Part shown: positions 43,510 to 58,833 of the stretch, piece by piece
Layout: each line of letters begins with the position of its first letter
How positions within the stretch are numbered: position 1 is the stretch's first letter
Source of the DNA: the human T2T-CHM13v2.0 reference genome, Homo sapiens
Assembly (NCBI RefSeq): GCF_009914755.1
Contig: NC_060935.1
Direction: 5' to 3' (one strand)
Length of the DNA: 64,000 nucleotides
Position numbers and translations under genes: made by a program
Notes under the pieces: generated by a model
Told to the model about the DNA's origin: nothing
Seen by the model: the letters and a program-made list of their open reading frames with translations, nothing else
Databases searched by the model: none

Positions 43510-43590
43510 CACGACTGTGAGCTCCTTGAAGGCAGGAGCCCTGTTGCATTCTTCTTTGCATCCCCAGTGCCTGCCAACACAGTGCTTTCT
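43510..43590 (+). mobile_element. L2 3' end
   Basis: gactgtgagctccttgaaggcaggagc...tgcatccccagtgcct. Confidence 0.75.
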
Positions 43591-44197
43591 CTGTCTTCCT
43601 GCGGCTTCCCCCTCCCTTTCTGCCTGCCCATTCAAAGAAGACAGTCACTGCGTCCCATGAGCCATGATGTCATATATTCAGATATTTTTTCTTTCAGGGA
43701 GAGACTCAAGTCAACAGTAGCAATATCATTAAGTAGCAAGCACATTCTTCATGCAGGGCCAGAGGTTGGGAGGATGGAGTAGTTGGGAGTAGGATGTGGG
43801 TCCTGCCTTCACAAAGCTCACAATCTGCCAAGGAAAAAGCAAAAACAGGCAGAATGTGGTGTAGCAAGCTTGTGCTAGCAGTGTGCACAAAGTATGGTGA
43901 GCAGGAGGGGCAGACCCAGCCCACTGCTGGGGAGTGAGTGGAGGAAGTGCCAGCTGCAGAGGCCTGGCAGCTCAGGAATCATTCATTGTTCAGTAGATTT
44001 GGTGGGGTGGGGGTGGGGGTGGTGGCCATTTCACACAAAGGAAATAGCACCCAACATGACAGGAATAAGGATTTTTAGAGACAGAAGTGTGTGTAGAGAG
44101 TGGCAGGAGAAAAGACAAAAACTGATTTGCCCATGTAACGTTTTAATTTTTTACGGATAGAATGTGTTCATGTGTTACCTAGATCATTAGAAATTTA

Positions 44198-44334
44198 TTT
44201 TATTTTATTTTAGTTTTTAGAGACGGGTCTTGCTCTGTTGGCCAGGTTGTTCTTGAACTCCTGGCCTCAAGCAGTCCTCCTGTCTTGGCCTCCCAAGGTG
44301 CTAGGATTATAGGCGTCAGCCACTGTGCCCAGCC
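44198..44334 (-). mobile_element. FLAM (free left Alu monomer) with TSD
   Basis: TSD tagaaattta at 44188-44197 and 44335-44344. Confidence 0.9.
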
Positions 44335-44659
44335 TAGAAATTTAAAAGGAGAAGAAAAACCAAGCAGCTGTCCTGAATCTAAGCTCAACTGAGGAAGGTG
44401 ATTTTCTTGGTTTGCTTGGTCATCATCTCCAGTGGGAACCCTATATCATAGGCCACTGCTTTCTCTGTCGTGACTAGCTGGTATGGGGTTACCTCTGGCT
44501 GCTTCTAGTTTTGAGATAGGTCTGATGTGGCTAGGGCAGTGGGGTCAGTGAGCCAGAGCATGGCAACCCTAGGAGGAAACATCTCTGGGCACCTGTCTCA
44601 GGCCCTTCCTGAGTACATCTATCCATCTAATCGTTCCGTCTTTGATTACCATTGTTTGG

Positions 44660-44795
44660 CTTCTAGCCTCATTTCTCTTCCTAGACCATAAACTCCTTGA
44701 GGGCAGAGAGTGTGTATTATTCCAGCGTGTTTCTCTTCTAGAGCCTAGCCTAATTCCTTTTGTACAGAAAATATTCTATAAATTTTATTGAATGG
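44660..44795 (+). mobile_element. L2 3' end
   Basis: ctagaccataaactccttgagggcagag...ataaattttattgaatg. Confidence 0.7.
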
Positions 44796-45014
44796 GAGAG
44801 GAAAGTGCCTTGGGGCCAGATTATGTAGGCCTTGGATGCTTAGAGAGTTGAGGCTTTATTCTTCTGTATTGTGGATGAGAAATTAGAGAACTTTAAAGTG
44901 ATGTGTGTACAATTCAGTCCATTTCATGGCTGGATTCTGCCGCCATCTAAGATTTTGTTCTCATTAAACACTTAACAGTTGGTCTAATGTTAAGGATTAA
45001 GGAACTTGGAAGAC

Positions 45015-45176
45015 AAAGCTGGGTTCAAATCCCGACTCCACTGCTTAATTAGTTTGGGAACTTGGGCAAGTTTCTTAACTTCTTTGAACTGCAGTTTCAG
45101 CATGTATAAAATGCTGAGCTAGGTAGAATTAGGTGAATGTGAAGGTTAAATTTGTGGTGTATAAGCACAGTGCTTT
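45015..45176 (+). mobile_element. MIR interrupted by AluJ (resumes near 45499)
   Basis: gggttcaaatcccgactccact...cttgggcaagtttcttaac. Confidence 0.85.
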
Positions 45177-45858
<682 letters not shown>

Positions 45859-46360
45859 AAAAGCCCAACTTTCTATAGCCTCCCACCATCTCTAAACTCC
45901 GCAATAGTGTTTCATTTAGCTTATTCCCTGAATTTCAATTTCTTCAGTTTGAGTTCATTTTAAAAATGTTATTCCTTCTCATCATGCTTTTCATATTTTT
46001 ATTAGATTACTGAGTGCCTAGACATTTAGATACTCCTTCAGCATGTTTTCTAAGCAGCAAGTCATCCCTGAGCATGCCATTTTGACTTAATGCTTGCATA
46101 ACTTACCTTTGTGTAGCTATTGTTGTAGTAGCTTCAGAAGTTGATAGAATTCTTCTGGTGATAGTTGTTTTTACAACAAGAACTAAATACTGGACGTCCA
46201 GTGAGGGACATGCTGTTTAATGCAACACCTCCAGCCTATTCATAGACTTAATTATACAGTCTGTCACAAATTTTAAGAATTTTGGCTATACTTACCTTCT
46301 GGCAAAAACCTCATTCCTGCTATTTATTCAGTGGAGAATCTATTTCAAATTAAAAGATTT

Positions 46361-46404
46361 GTGCCCTCTTAATGTTAAGATAGTGCCCTCTTAATGTTAA
46401 GATA
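46361..46404. repeat. Perfect 22-nt tandem duplication (gtgccctcttaatgttaagata x2)
   Basis: Seen directly. Confidence 0.95.
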
Positions 46405-46666
46405 TCACAATAAGTGCTCTGTTTACTTGGAAACAATTTTTAGGACCATGTCATTTTGAAAATTGAAGAAGATACAAAGATTGGAAAAGATGTTCAATTT
46501 CAACAACATTAGCAATAGAAGCATCATGGGTTTATACCAGATGCCATGTAGTACGGTGTCCTGAACAGAAAACCTTTTTCAACCCTTTTAGGACCCTATA
46601 TATCAGTTCAAGCAACGAAGACATATAAACCTGGTGCAGTGACATTACATTACAGTTAAAGAACTG

Positions 46667-47130
<464 letters not shown>

Positions 47131-47636
47131 TTCCTCAGAAGAATCTAGGCAGTCATACCTTTGAGTCAAAAAACCAGAAATCGGCAGCATTGCATCATTA
47201 AAGATTCTTCATTATAAACTAGCGGTGTTTAGCACTTCAAATGTGTGGATTTCACACTTCTCTAAGGCCAAATAATTAATAAATAGAGTGCTTTTAGCAA
47301 ACCTTTTCATTAATAAGACTTTCTTGGGTTAATGTTAAGATTAGCTTTTTTTGGACCAGGTCTCTATGGCTGTGGCTTGGGGAAGTGGCAGGGACATGGG
47401 TATAGGGCATGAAGAAGCAATGAGCATGCATTGGTCATAAGAGACGAGAACAAAGGTCTGAAAAATTGTGCCACTTCTCACTGAAATAGTTGCAACTTTA
47501 AAAGGATTTACAGATTTCAGGTGATATTGGCAGTGCTGTCTAATTTTCATAATCTTTTTCTAGATCTTTTCTTCGGATTTTCTTTATACAAAAGAGGTGA
47601 GCTCCTTCATTCATTTATTAAAACCATTTATTGAGC

Positions 47637-48024
47637 GAGACACGGAAAGAAAAAAACTATTTCATGATCTCACTTATACGTGGAATCTTAAAAAAAAGTC
47701 ATACATATACAGAGTAGAGAAAAAACAACAACAGAGGATACTAAGAACCAGAGGAGGAGAGAGGAAACGGATATGTAGGTCAAAAGATACAAAGTAGCAG
47801 ATATGCGTCTAGAGGTCTAATGTACAACATAAGGACTATAGTTAGAATTATGCTAGACACTTTTAGGAGGATTTTAACTATTGTCGTCACACACAAAAAA
47901 TTACTATGCGATGATAGCTATGTTAATCTGTTTCACTATGGTAGCCATTTTATTATCTATATGTATCTCAATATCATTTTGTAAACTTCAAATATATGCA
48001 GTAAAATTTATTTTTTAAAAAAAT
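47637..48024 (+). mobile_element. L1M (L1MC-like) 3' end
   Basis: catgatctcacttatacgtggaatct...ggtcaaaagatacaaagtagcag...ctaatgtacaacat. Confidence 0.85.
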
Positions 48025-48324
48025 GGCTGGGCGCAGTGGCTCACACCTGTAATCCCAGCACTTTGGGAGGCTGAGGTGGACAGATCACCTGAGGTCAGGA
48101 GTTCGAGACCAGCCTGGCCAACATTGTGAAACCCCCTTGTGTCTCTACTAAAAATACAAAAAGTTAGCCAGACATGGTGGCGGGCAACTGTAATCCCAGC
48201 TACTTGGGAAGTTGAGGCAGGAGAATCACTTGAACCCAGGAGGCAGAGGTGAGCTGAGATCATTCCACTGCACTCCAGACTGGGCAACAGAGCAAGACTC
48301 CATCTCCAAAAAAAGGAAAAAAAA
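48025..48324 (+). mobile_element. AluS inserted in the L1 tail
   Basis: Full dimer directly after the L1 3' end. Confidence 0.94.
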
Positions 48325-48880
48325 AAAACTATTTATTGAGCACGTACTTAATAGCTACCAGATCTGGGGTCACAGAGAACCAGACAGGTGCTTTACCATG
48401 GAGCAGTCACTATTCTAGGAGGTGGATGAATAGTCTGTAGATAAGTAATGGCAGTGCAGCAGTAGCAGGGGTGCATGCTCAGTACTTGAGGTTACAAAGC
48501 AGGAAATGACTAACTCAGTTTGGATGGCTCCCACAGACATTGGGGAGGAAGTGTTCCAGGTAGGGTATACAGGAATGAATAGGACTTTGCAGGTAAAAGA
48601 GAAGAGAAAGAACATGTAAGGATAGGTGGTTCCACAAAGGCATGGAGGTATCTTTGGAAAAGAATGACAGTGGTCTGGGGAACTCTATGAAGAGCCACAT
48701 TCTAGAATAGAGGAGCCCTATACAGGAGTGGGCTCTTAGCTTTAGGTACCAGACTAAGGAGTTTGTGTTTTGCTTGTAGTGGATGAGAACCTGTTGGTAT
48801 AGGAAGGCAACATAACTAGATGTGGAGGTGAAAGAAAAGACAAATGCCTGCAAGATGAGTGGCAGGACATGGTGGGCGCC
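48325..48880 (-). mobile_element. L2 fragment
   Basis: atttattgagcac...purine-rich L2 body...gtaccagactaaggagtttg. Confidence 0.6.
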
Positions 48881-48883
48881 TGA

Positions 48884-49306
<423 letters not shown>

Positions 49307-51101
49307 TGAAAGACATGGACTGTACCTTGAAGAGGCTTGTAGTCTGTTACACAGGGAACTCAGCAGAGTCTGATTGTGGGCGGTTCCCTGACACATGAAG
49401 TAAAGAACTATGAGACCAGGACAGAATGGTGAAGCTCATGCTGCTTGCCTAGTTAAGAGTCAAGCCATCATTCCCCTCATATACTAAGTGACTTGTTTTT
49501 AATTCATAGTACTTTTTGTTTCACTTTATAATATTGTGGTCTTTCCCAGTTGCTGGTCTGGTGAAGTGGGCTCTGGGCACCTGGCTGTCTGGCTTACCCC
49601 TCTTCATACACTCCATGTCTAGCACATGTTTCAGGCACGTTTCAGGTGAGGTTTCTTGGAGGGGACATCTGAGCTGGACCTGGAAAGATTTTCCTTGGTG
49701 GTCTTAAGGGTTATTGCAGCTATAATACCTTAGCATGGCAGGGTGGGTTCAGGGAACTGGAAGCTTGGTAGGTATTTTGATGGTGGTAAAATGAATTGTG
49801 GTGGTGGTCGTGGTGGTGGTGTGTCATGAAAAATAGTTAGGGGCCAGATGGTGGGGACAACACTGAACACCATACTAAAGCAGTTTATTCCTTTAGATGT
49901 GGGCAGTAGGAGCCTTGGAAGGTCTTATAACTGAGAACTGTGTTTTAGGTAGCTGTGTAGAGGATGGATTAGAAAGAAAAATGATCAGAGGCATAGTTAC
50001 AGTGGTAAGGCTAGTCAAACTACTCATTAGAGGATTAAGAAAGTGATTATGTGGCGTATCTTTATTGCCTCATAGAGAATGAGCCACTAAGAAAACTTCA
50101 TTCATATTTCTTTTTCATCTAGAAATAGTTAGAACAGAAATAACTTCTATCTAACATAGCAGTGTTGTATTCACTATGCAGCCTTAAACATTTTTACTTG
50201 CTCATCTCTTTCTGACCCCTGTAACCCAAGGCAAATGTGTAGTTTGTAAGCGGTTCCTCTAAGATGCGGGAGAACACAGTGTTCTATGGAGTTGTCACAT
50301 GATAATGTTATCAGCTGCCGTTGACTGATACAAACTCCTGAGAAGGTGGGACTTGAGTTATCGCCAGACACTCACTCGCAGGGATATGAGATAGAAGTTC
50401 TGAGTAACCAGGAGTTAACACAGCCTTTCTCTGTATGTTCTTTCTCTGAAAGCTGTTTTTTTTAATAAGCCCCTGGGTGAATGCAGACACATATTATCTC
50501 CAGGGATTGCTATTGTTTACCTCCTGAAGGCCGTCAGTCCTTTGGTGAACTTCTAGTTTGGGAACAAGTAGTACCAGCCCCTGACAACCCTGAATGGGCG
50601 GCCTGGCTGTTTCTGGTGATTTTCCACATTGGTGCTGATTTCTGGTCAATGATTTATATTGAGGATTAACTGAGAACTTCCTCGTTGGATATGCTGTGGG
50701 ACTGGTTCAGAGGCTGTTTTTCATGAGCCTGTCCTTACACCTAATCTTAGCCTGTGCCCCTTCTCCCTCCCTGGCTCTCCATCCCTCTCACTCTGTCATT
50801 TACTCCATCAGTCTGTAGCCACTGAGGACCTGCTGTGTTCTCAGCACTGGATGCACAGTGATGAGCAAAACCCAGTTTATGCTCTGGGCTCCTGTGGACT
50901 TCTCTGTCTGGTAGTAGAGGGGTAGGCACATGTTCATCTTATAGTCTCATTCAGATAAATGGAACACAGTAGCTGTGCTGTGTGCTGTGACCGAGAGGCG
51001 TAGGTTCCTGTGAGAGCACATGTTAGGGTGATCTGACCAGTTCTCATGGGTTGGAGTTCTTCCAAACAAGACATAAGCACCTCCAAGGCAGAGATGGCGT
51101 G

Positions 51102-51407
51102 TTTTCTTTTTCTTTCTTTTTTTAGACAGGGTCTCACTCTGTTGTCCAGGCTGGAGTACAGTGGTGTGATCTTGGCTCACTGCATGCTTGAACTCCTGGG
51201 TTCAAGCAATCCTCCTGCTTCAGCCTCCTGAGTACCTGGGACCACAGGCAGGTGCTACCAAGCCTGGCTGATTTTTTTTTTTTTTTTTTTTAAGAGATAG
51301 GGTCTCACTCTCAGCCAGGCTGGTCTCAAACTCCTGGGCTCAAGTTATCCTCCTGCCTCAGCCTCCCAAAGTGCTTGGATTACAGGCGTGAGCCACTGCA
51401 CCCAGCT
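51102..51407 (-). mobile_element. AluJ
   Basis: gaactcctgggttcaagcaatcctcc; flanking gagatggc repeat. Confidence 0.92.
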
Positions 51408-51769
51408 TGAGATGGCATCTTTTTACCCCCATAATTTTAGCATGTTTCTTGTGTTCCATCCACACACAGTCCATGTGTGACCAGTGGATGACTGGCCAGC
51501 TTCCGTAGGCCTCCTTTCTTTTCCACTATTGCTGGGACAAGTTGCTATGGCATCCGTGTAGAAGAAATGGTTAATTAGTAACTCCTCACAGGTTAGTTAA
51601 TAAATGTTCTTTACTGCTTCCTCTGGCAGTGTCCACAGATACATACCTCCTAGATCTTCAGGAAGATGGATGGGGAGATAAAACACCCCCATTCTGTAGA
51701 CCTCTCCCAAGACAGTGACATGTGGTTTCCTCAGTGTCCCCTTCATCTATACTTTTTGGTTGTTGGCTT

Positions 51770-52099
51770 GCTTGCTTTCTTTTTTTTTCTTTTTTCTTTC
51801 TTTCTTTTTTCTTTTTTGTTGAGACGGAGTCTCGCTCTGTCATCAGGCTAGAGTGCTGTGGCGTGATCTCAGCTCACTGCAACCTCTGACTCCCTGGTTC
51901 AAGCGACTGTCCTGCCTCAGCCCCCCGAGTAGCTGGGATTACAGGCATGTGCCACCACGCCCAGCTTATTTTTGTATTTTTAGTAGAGATGGGGTTTCAC
52001 CATATTGGCCAGGATGGTCTTGATCTCCTGACTGCGTGATCCACCTGCCTTGGCCTCCCAAAGTGCTGGGATTACAGGCATGAGCCATTGCGCCTGACC
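51770..52099 (-). mobile_element. AluSc-like with TSD
   Basis: TSD ggttgttggctt at 51758-51769 and 52101-52112. Confidence 0.94.
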
Positions 52100-52173
52100 A
52101 GGTTGTTGGCTTTCATATCCTAAAATATTTTTTTCCTTTTGATGAACCCCAGCTGATGAAAACAGACTTCATG

Positions 52174-52656
<483 letters not shown>

Positions 52657-54073
52657 TTAACTTTATGTTCATGATCTGGTGCCAAATTGGGACTACAGGG
52701 ATGTAGGAGCCTCTTTTCTGACCTGAAGAATGACTCGGTCCATAAATGTTGAGCCACCTGAGAAAGGGAGGCGGAGAAGAGATCCATGTCATTGGTTCTT
52801 GTTGCCAAGGACTTTATGACTTGGTTGCAATCATGACATGTGCTGAAATGATATCACATAAGGCAGAAAAAAATACAAGTTACCAGCAAAGAAGCCCAGG
52901 TCAAAGGCTGTGAATGTTTAGGGAAAGGGGAGGCCTCCACCAGCTGGTAGGTTCATGAAGGATGAGGCCTTGGGAAGGTAGGCAGATTCCAGACATGCAG
53001 AAATGGGCAAGGACAGTACAGGCCATGACAGCAGTTGTGCACCCAGGTACAAAGTTCAAGGTGTTCACAGGAAACATTCGATAATCTAGTAGTACTACTG
53101 GGCTGAGTGGGGTGGGGGGATATGTAGAAGACCCTTGTTTGATGTAGCTTTGGTCTAGCAGTCAAGGGAAATGAGTTTTCTTTCTGATTTTCCTTGTTTT
53201 AATATGGAAGAACGGGGTGGAGAATCCTCACACATCCTTCCCAGTGAAGGGAAAGGGCCAGCAGATGTTTCCTTAGAGAAGCCAAGCTAGAGCTTCCTAG
53301 GCCCAGGGCAGTCCAGTCCTTCATGGGTGTGAGTTTGCCTTAGGACTGGCCACGGCCAGGGAAGAGAAGCATTGCATTTGTTGCTTCTTTCTTGGTGGCT
53401 CCCTGACTCCATTCAATTACAAAGTGGCTCTTACACTGTTAAAGCTTGAGTGTCTCTGGGCTACAATTTCTAGCCACAGACCTTCATTTGCTGTGCCTCA
53501 AACATGACCTTGAGGCCACATCACATTATATATACAGCCCACAACAACGTTAACCAGTCTTCTATCTGGTAAGGCAAGTGCAGTGCAAACTCCATGCCTT
53601 TCTTCTGGGATCTCTCTCTGTATTGCCCCTTTAGCAGGAAATTCCATGGCAATCCAAGATGCAAGAGAAGCCAATGATGGGCTCATTTCGAACTGTGTTA
53701 TATTATTTAGGAAAAAGAAAATAAAATGAAATAAAAACTAGATTACAGTGCCTGGTGAGGATCACAGTGTAAAAGTGACAGGTCAGGTTGTGTTTGTCCT
53801 TGCTGCTTATGTGCAGCCGGTGGGAAAGACAAGGGCAGCTACAACTACAGCATCTGAGGCTTAAAGAGGTGACATGTTGTGCATTTCTAAAATAATTTTT
53901 ATGTTGTAGAGAAGCTTTATATCTCTCTCTGACTCACTGGACAGGCGTGGTGTAAGGCAGAAAGGAAGACGGTCCCCAGGTGACTGCAGGATTGTTTTAG
54001 GAAAATAATAAGTAACTTAAAGTTAGCTTTATTGAAAGTCATTTTTGTAGCATCAGGTTTACTGAATCAAGCA

Positions 54074-54088
54074 TCTCTCTCTCTCTGT

Positions 54089-54134
<46 letters not shown>
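54074..54134. repeat. (TC)n(TG)n compound microsatellite
   Basis: Seen directly. Confidence 0.95.
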
Positions 54135-54136
<2 letters not shown>

Positions 54137-54324
54137 GAAGATCATGGCTGCAACAGGACTATGCTGCATAGCTTGGAGACCCACTTTCAGTTACATCAGT
54201 GATGGTGCTGCTTATCTTCTGGCCCTTAGGAAATGCTGCGTCTTAGTAACATGATCAAAATCCAGGGCTGTGGAATCTGTGAGCTCACCCCTTTGGAGGG
54301 CAGGGCTGTAGAAATATACATAGG

Positions 54325-54638
54325 GGCCAGTGCGGTGGCTCATGCCTGTAATTTCAGCATTTTAGGAGGCCGAGGTGGGCGGATTGCTTGAGCGCAGGAG
54401 TTTGAGACCAGCCTGGGCAACATGATGAAATCCTGTCTTTACAAAAAAATACAAAAGTTGGTCTGGTATGGTGGAGCAGGCCTGTAGTCCCATGAGCTAC
54501 CACAGTCCCGTGCTACTTGGAGAGCTAAGGCAGAAGGATCACTTGAACCTGAGAGGTTGAGGCTGCAGTGAGCCGAGATCGTGCCACTGCACTCCAGCCA
54601 GGGTGATAAATGTGAGACCCTGTCTAAAAGAAATAAAG
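54325..54638 (+). mobile_element. AluJ with small internal duplication
   Basis: agtcccatgagctac then agtcccgtgctac; degenerate TSD gaaatatacatagg / gaaatagagatagg. Confidence 0.9.
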
Positions 54639-55310
54639 GAAATAGAGATAGGACTTAGGATGTCGTATCAGGGCCGCTGACAAGACTCTCCTCAGAACCT
54701 AGTTGATACACCATGCATATACAATCCCAAACAGCCAAAAAGATCTTCCAAAATTGTTTGGAATGGCATACTTCTGTAAATGGGTAAGTATAATTAAATT
54801 CTGGAAAGATTTAGAATTAAACATATAAAATTTTAGTAGAATTAGAGCCATAGTGTTAATGTTTTTGATTTAAAGGATTTATGTATATTTGATATTTCAA
54901 GTAATTAAAAGAAATAATTTGGCCTAGGTAACAGATCAGCCTGTATTTCCAAATTAAAATGTACAATGAAGTAGCTCATTTAGACATTTGATTTGGGGGA
55001 AGGTTGAAATTGTACTAGTTTTATAAGCAACATTTTAGTGCATTTAAGATAATTTATTAGGTTTCTAAGACTTGTTTAAGGGAAGATTTTATAATTTAAA
55101 AAGCAGGTAGTTCTAATATTTAAAAGAAATAATTACTTATTCATGGCTTGAAACATAGATGAAAGAAAGAACATGGGTTTTTGAAAAGTGAGCTTGCTCA
55201 TCTGAAAAGCAAGGACATGAGAGTGAAGATGAGCTTTCAATGAAATAATGACTACAGCGTAATGCCCAGGCCACAGTACTCAGTAAGGACCTGTTGAAGT
55301 CATAATTTTT

Positions 55311-55624
55311 AGAAGTCACTGAACAACAGGATACGTTCTGAGAAATACATCATCAGGTGATTTTAGTCATTGTTAGAAAATCGTCAAGTGTACTTACACA
55401 AACCTAGATGGAATAGCCAACTACACACCTAGGCTGCAAACCTGTCTGGTGTTAACTGTACTGAATACTGTAGGCCATTGTAACACAATGGTAAGACTTG
55501 GGTATCTAAACATAATCTAAACATAGAAAAGACAGTAAAAACATGCCATTATAATTTTATGGGACCACCATCATGTATGCAGCTCATTGTTGACCAAAAT
55601 GTCATCATGTGGTGCATGATTGTA
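55311..55624 (-). mobile_element. Tigger3 (Golem)-derived DNA transposon (Tigger3a-like)
   Basis: gatacgttctgagaaat...tacttacacaaacctagatgg...atgggaccacc...gttgaccaaaatgtc...tgcatgattg followed by TA. Confidence 0.88.
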
Positions 55625-56049
55625 CTTCAGTCAAAGTGTGAGTTGACACTGTTTAACTCCAAGGGGTGCCATTTGTATAGGCTGTGGTACACAGTCAAAT
55701 AGGGCTGTCTTGGATATTGATTTTATTCATTCAACTCCAAGTGCTGCAAGAAATTAAAAGTTAGTCAGGTTATGTGTCACATCTATCAAGGTATTCTGTC
55801 TGTTTTCCCAGAAAATAAACAAGTTTGAGGGTAGGAGACATTTTTGTCATCTGGACAAGGTTCGGACAAAATTGTATGTAATACAGAGCCCTGGATCTAT
55901 TTCGCCTTGGCCGCTCAAATAGCCCTGAACAGGATGCACAGTGAGGCCCCAGGTTGGAGGATGCTTGGCTTGTCTGCAGACATTGTCATTTAGCTCTGGC
56001 TTCTCGTAATTAGGTACTCCTAGCTGGGCTCTGTTGTCAGCGAGCCTTC

Positions 56050-56900
56050 AAGACAAATTGCAAAATCTGTACAACCATCTGAGAGATGGAGAAGTAGATC
56101 CAATGATACTACAGGGGATATTGGTAGTTCTCAAAAGTTTGAAAGAGAATGCTTAGAAAAGCAATCCTCAAAACTGAATTTAGAGGTTCTTGTCCTGTGG
56201 TAAAAGGGTTCACAGGATCTGAGAAGATCTTGCAGGCAGGAATGATAGACTGAATCTAAGGGGATGAAATGGAGTAGAAAAAATGTAAGGTTCTGTTTTG
56301 AGGTCTGAAAATCTCAGCTATGCATTAAAAAGACTGGAAACAGGGGTAGGGACATATCAGAAGACGAGCCCGTATGAAAAAGACCTAGGAGTTTAAGTTG
56401 GCATATATTGATAATTTATTGTGCTCCTTAAAAATTTAATGCAGTGTTTGGCTGCATTAACAGAGGTAGAGTATTTAGGATGAGAGAGGTAATAAACTGA
56501 CTCTGATGCTATAGCAGGAGCACTGCCACAGTTCTGGACTCCAAGCTTTGAAAGGAAGACAGACAAAGGATGGTCACAGGATGGTGTGTGGGAGTGTTCC
56601 AAAGCTTGTCAGATAACAAAGTAACACAGGAGGTTTAGCTTGTGTACAACTCCAAGAGGACCCCAGAGCTGCTGTTAATATCTGAAAGGCAGTTAAATAA
56701 ATAAGGGACTGGACTTCTTGTTAAGAGGAACAGGAAGGATCTGGGGATGAAAGTTAAAGCAGACCCCCAAAAGGAGGGTCTTCTTATTCTTAAATATGTT
56801 CTAAGATAGAATGGGCTACTTCCTCAATTTTAGAAGTGCTGACTAAGGCTTATGAGGACTTTCAGGAATGCGAATGGATGACCTAGGGGTACTTTCTAGC
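56050..56900 (+). mobile_element. L3/CR1 LINE 3' fragment
   Basis: gatgaaat...aaatgtaaggttctg; tgaaaaagacctaggagttt; ggctgcattaacagagg; cagttctggactcc; atatctgaaaggc. Confidence 0.7.
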
Positions 56901-57149
56901 CCCCAGATTTCATGATTCCTTTGCCTTCCAGTGATGACCATGTCCTGCACAGTCCCAGCACTGGCAGGTGGTGGACAGAGCCATGACTCTAGGACATTCT
57001 AGGCAGTGATGAGAGAGTCTTCGCAATTCTCAGACAAGATTTCCCTAAGGACATTTTGATGTTCGTCTTCATCAGTGTTTCCAGTTCTTTACTCTGCTAG
57101 GGAAGATCTGGGGGATATGGTCACTTCCTTTCAGCAGAGGCTGTGTTAT

Positions 57150-57470
57150 TTCCTCATTCATTCTTTTCTCTGTGCCCAGCAGTGTGCTAGGTGCTAGGGG
57201 GACATTGAGGAAGAAGACAAAGTTCTTCCCCTCTTCAAGTATGCAGTATATCTGGGAGGAAGTAAGACAACAAACACAAATTTTACAACTAACTATAAAG
57301 TTATAAATACAGTTACAGTTTGGGTACATCCTAGGAAGAAGTACAGTTTGTGCCACCATGGGGGTGTAGAACAAGGCAACCAAACCTAGTTGGGCAATTA
57401 GAGAAGACTTCCCCAAGGGAGTGACATCCAAGTGAGGCCTTGAAGGAGAAATAGAATCTAGCACAATGGT
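57150..57470 (-). mobile_element. L2 3' fragment
   Basis: cattcattc...tgtgcccagcagtgtgctaggtgctaggggg...gacttccccaagggagtgacat. Confidence 0.8.
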
Positions 57471-58225
57471 CTCAGGCTGGTGAAGCACATGAGTGAATGC
57501 CACAGCAGCAAGCTTCAGACTTGTTCTTGACCAAAGGAATTTTTCACAAGGATAGAGCTGAGCTGATACAAAGCCAGCCAACAGTAGTGCTATGAAATGG
57601 TGGTTTTCCATTTACTGTAGAAAGTATGTAGAAATAATTTCAGTTCCTGGTATTAGAGCAAGTTGAAGTCGTAAATAGGACCTGCTTAGAAGAACCCATG
57701 TCTTGTATGAGTGGTTTTTATTTCACGTGGTATTTTGGTAATACATTCTCTGCTTAGCTTCTGGGGATATTTTTTCCTATCATGGTTTTCTGAAGTCAGG
57801 TTGTCTGAGACTTCTCAGTTTCCTGGTGGGATAGGGCTAGAAGGTTTTTGTTTATACTTTTGGGCATTGTTCTTTCCCCAGAAGGTTATATAACTTGGAG
57901 GAGATTGAGTCATTTTTTTCACTGACTACCTTTAGGGGGTGTCTGCCTTCGTACTGTTAGCTTCTTGTCATTGTCCGGCTTCCGTGGCCACAGCAGCTCA
58001 TTCGTTCTCTTGTGGCTGTGATTTTAGCTGGAGTAAACTATGAGTAGAAACTTGAATAAGAAGGAAAGTGAATATGAATGTGAATATGAAAAACCAAAGA
58101 CTAGAAGAGAACTGGGTTTGTTTAGTCCCAGACTAATCCTTGTCTGTATTTGTTGCTTATATGAGTGACCCACCACCCACAGCATACAAACAGACAAAAA
58201 GGCACATCTTAAAAAGATAAATTTC

Positions 58226-58533
<308 letters not shown>

Positions 58534-58768
58534 GGATAAATTTCTATTCTTAGATGCTGGTCTAAGTTCAAATTTAAATGCCTTTCATCTTAATTTTTCC
58601 TAGTAAACATTTTTGCAGACAATTGTGCTGTTTTATTTTTCTAGTATTAGTAAACACATAGTTGTAATTTTAAAATTCTTGATTCTGAATTTTGTTTTTT
58701 GCTTTCAAGGGCTTTGTTGGTTTGGTGTTTTGGTAACCCACCTCATGGTAAATTCTTCTTTCTTTCAG

Positions 58769-58833
58769 GTAGGAATGAATTGATAGCCAGATACATCAAA
58801 CTCAGGACAGGCAAGACGAGGACCAGAAAACAG
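58769..58833 (+). CDS. TEAD1: TEAD1 coding exon (about exon 4, 65 nt), TEA domain: (G)RNELIARYIKLRTGKTRTRKQ
   Basis: Acceptor ttcttctttctttcag, donor CAG|gtaaaa; translation matches the TEA-domain motif GRNELIARYIKLRTGKTRTRKQ; phase 1 start, phase 0 end. Confidence 0.97.

Noticed and set aside
57072-57611. 179-aa minus-strand ORF
   Set aside because: Overlaps a degraded L2 fragment; no recognisable protein.
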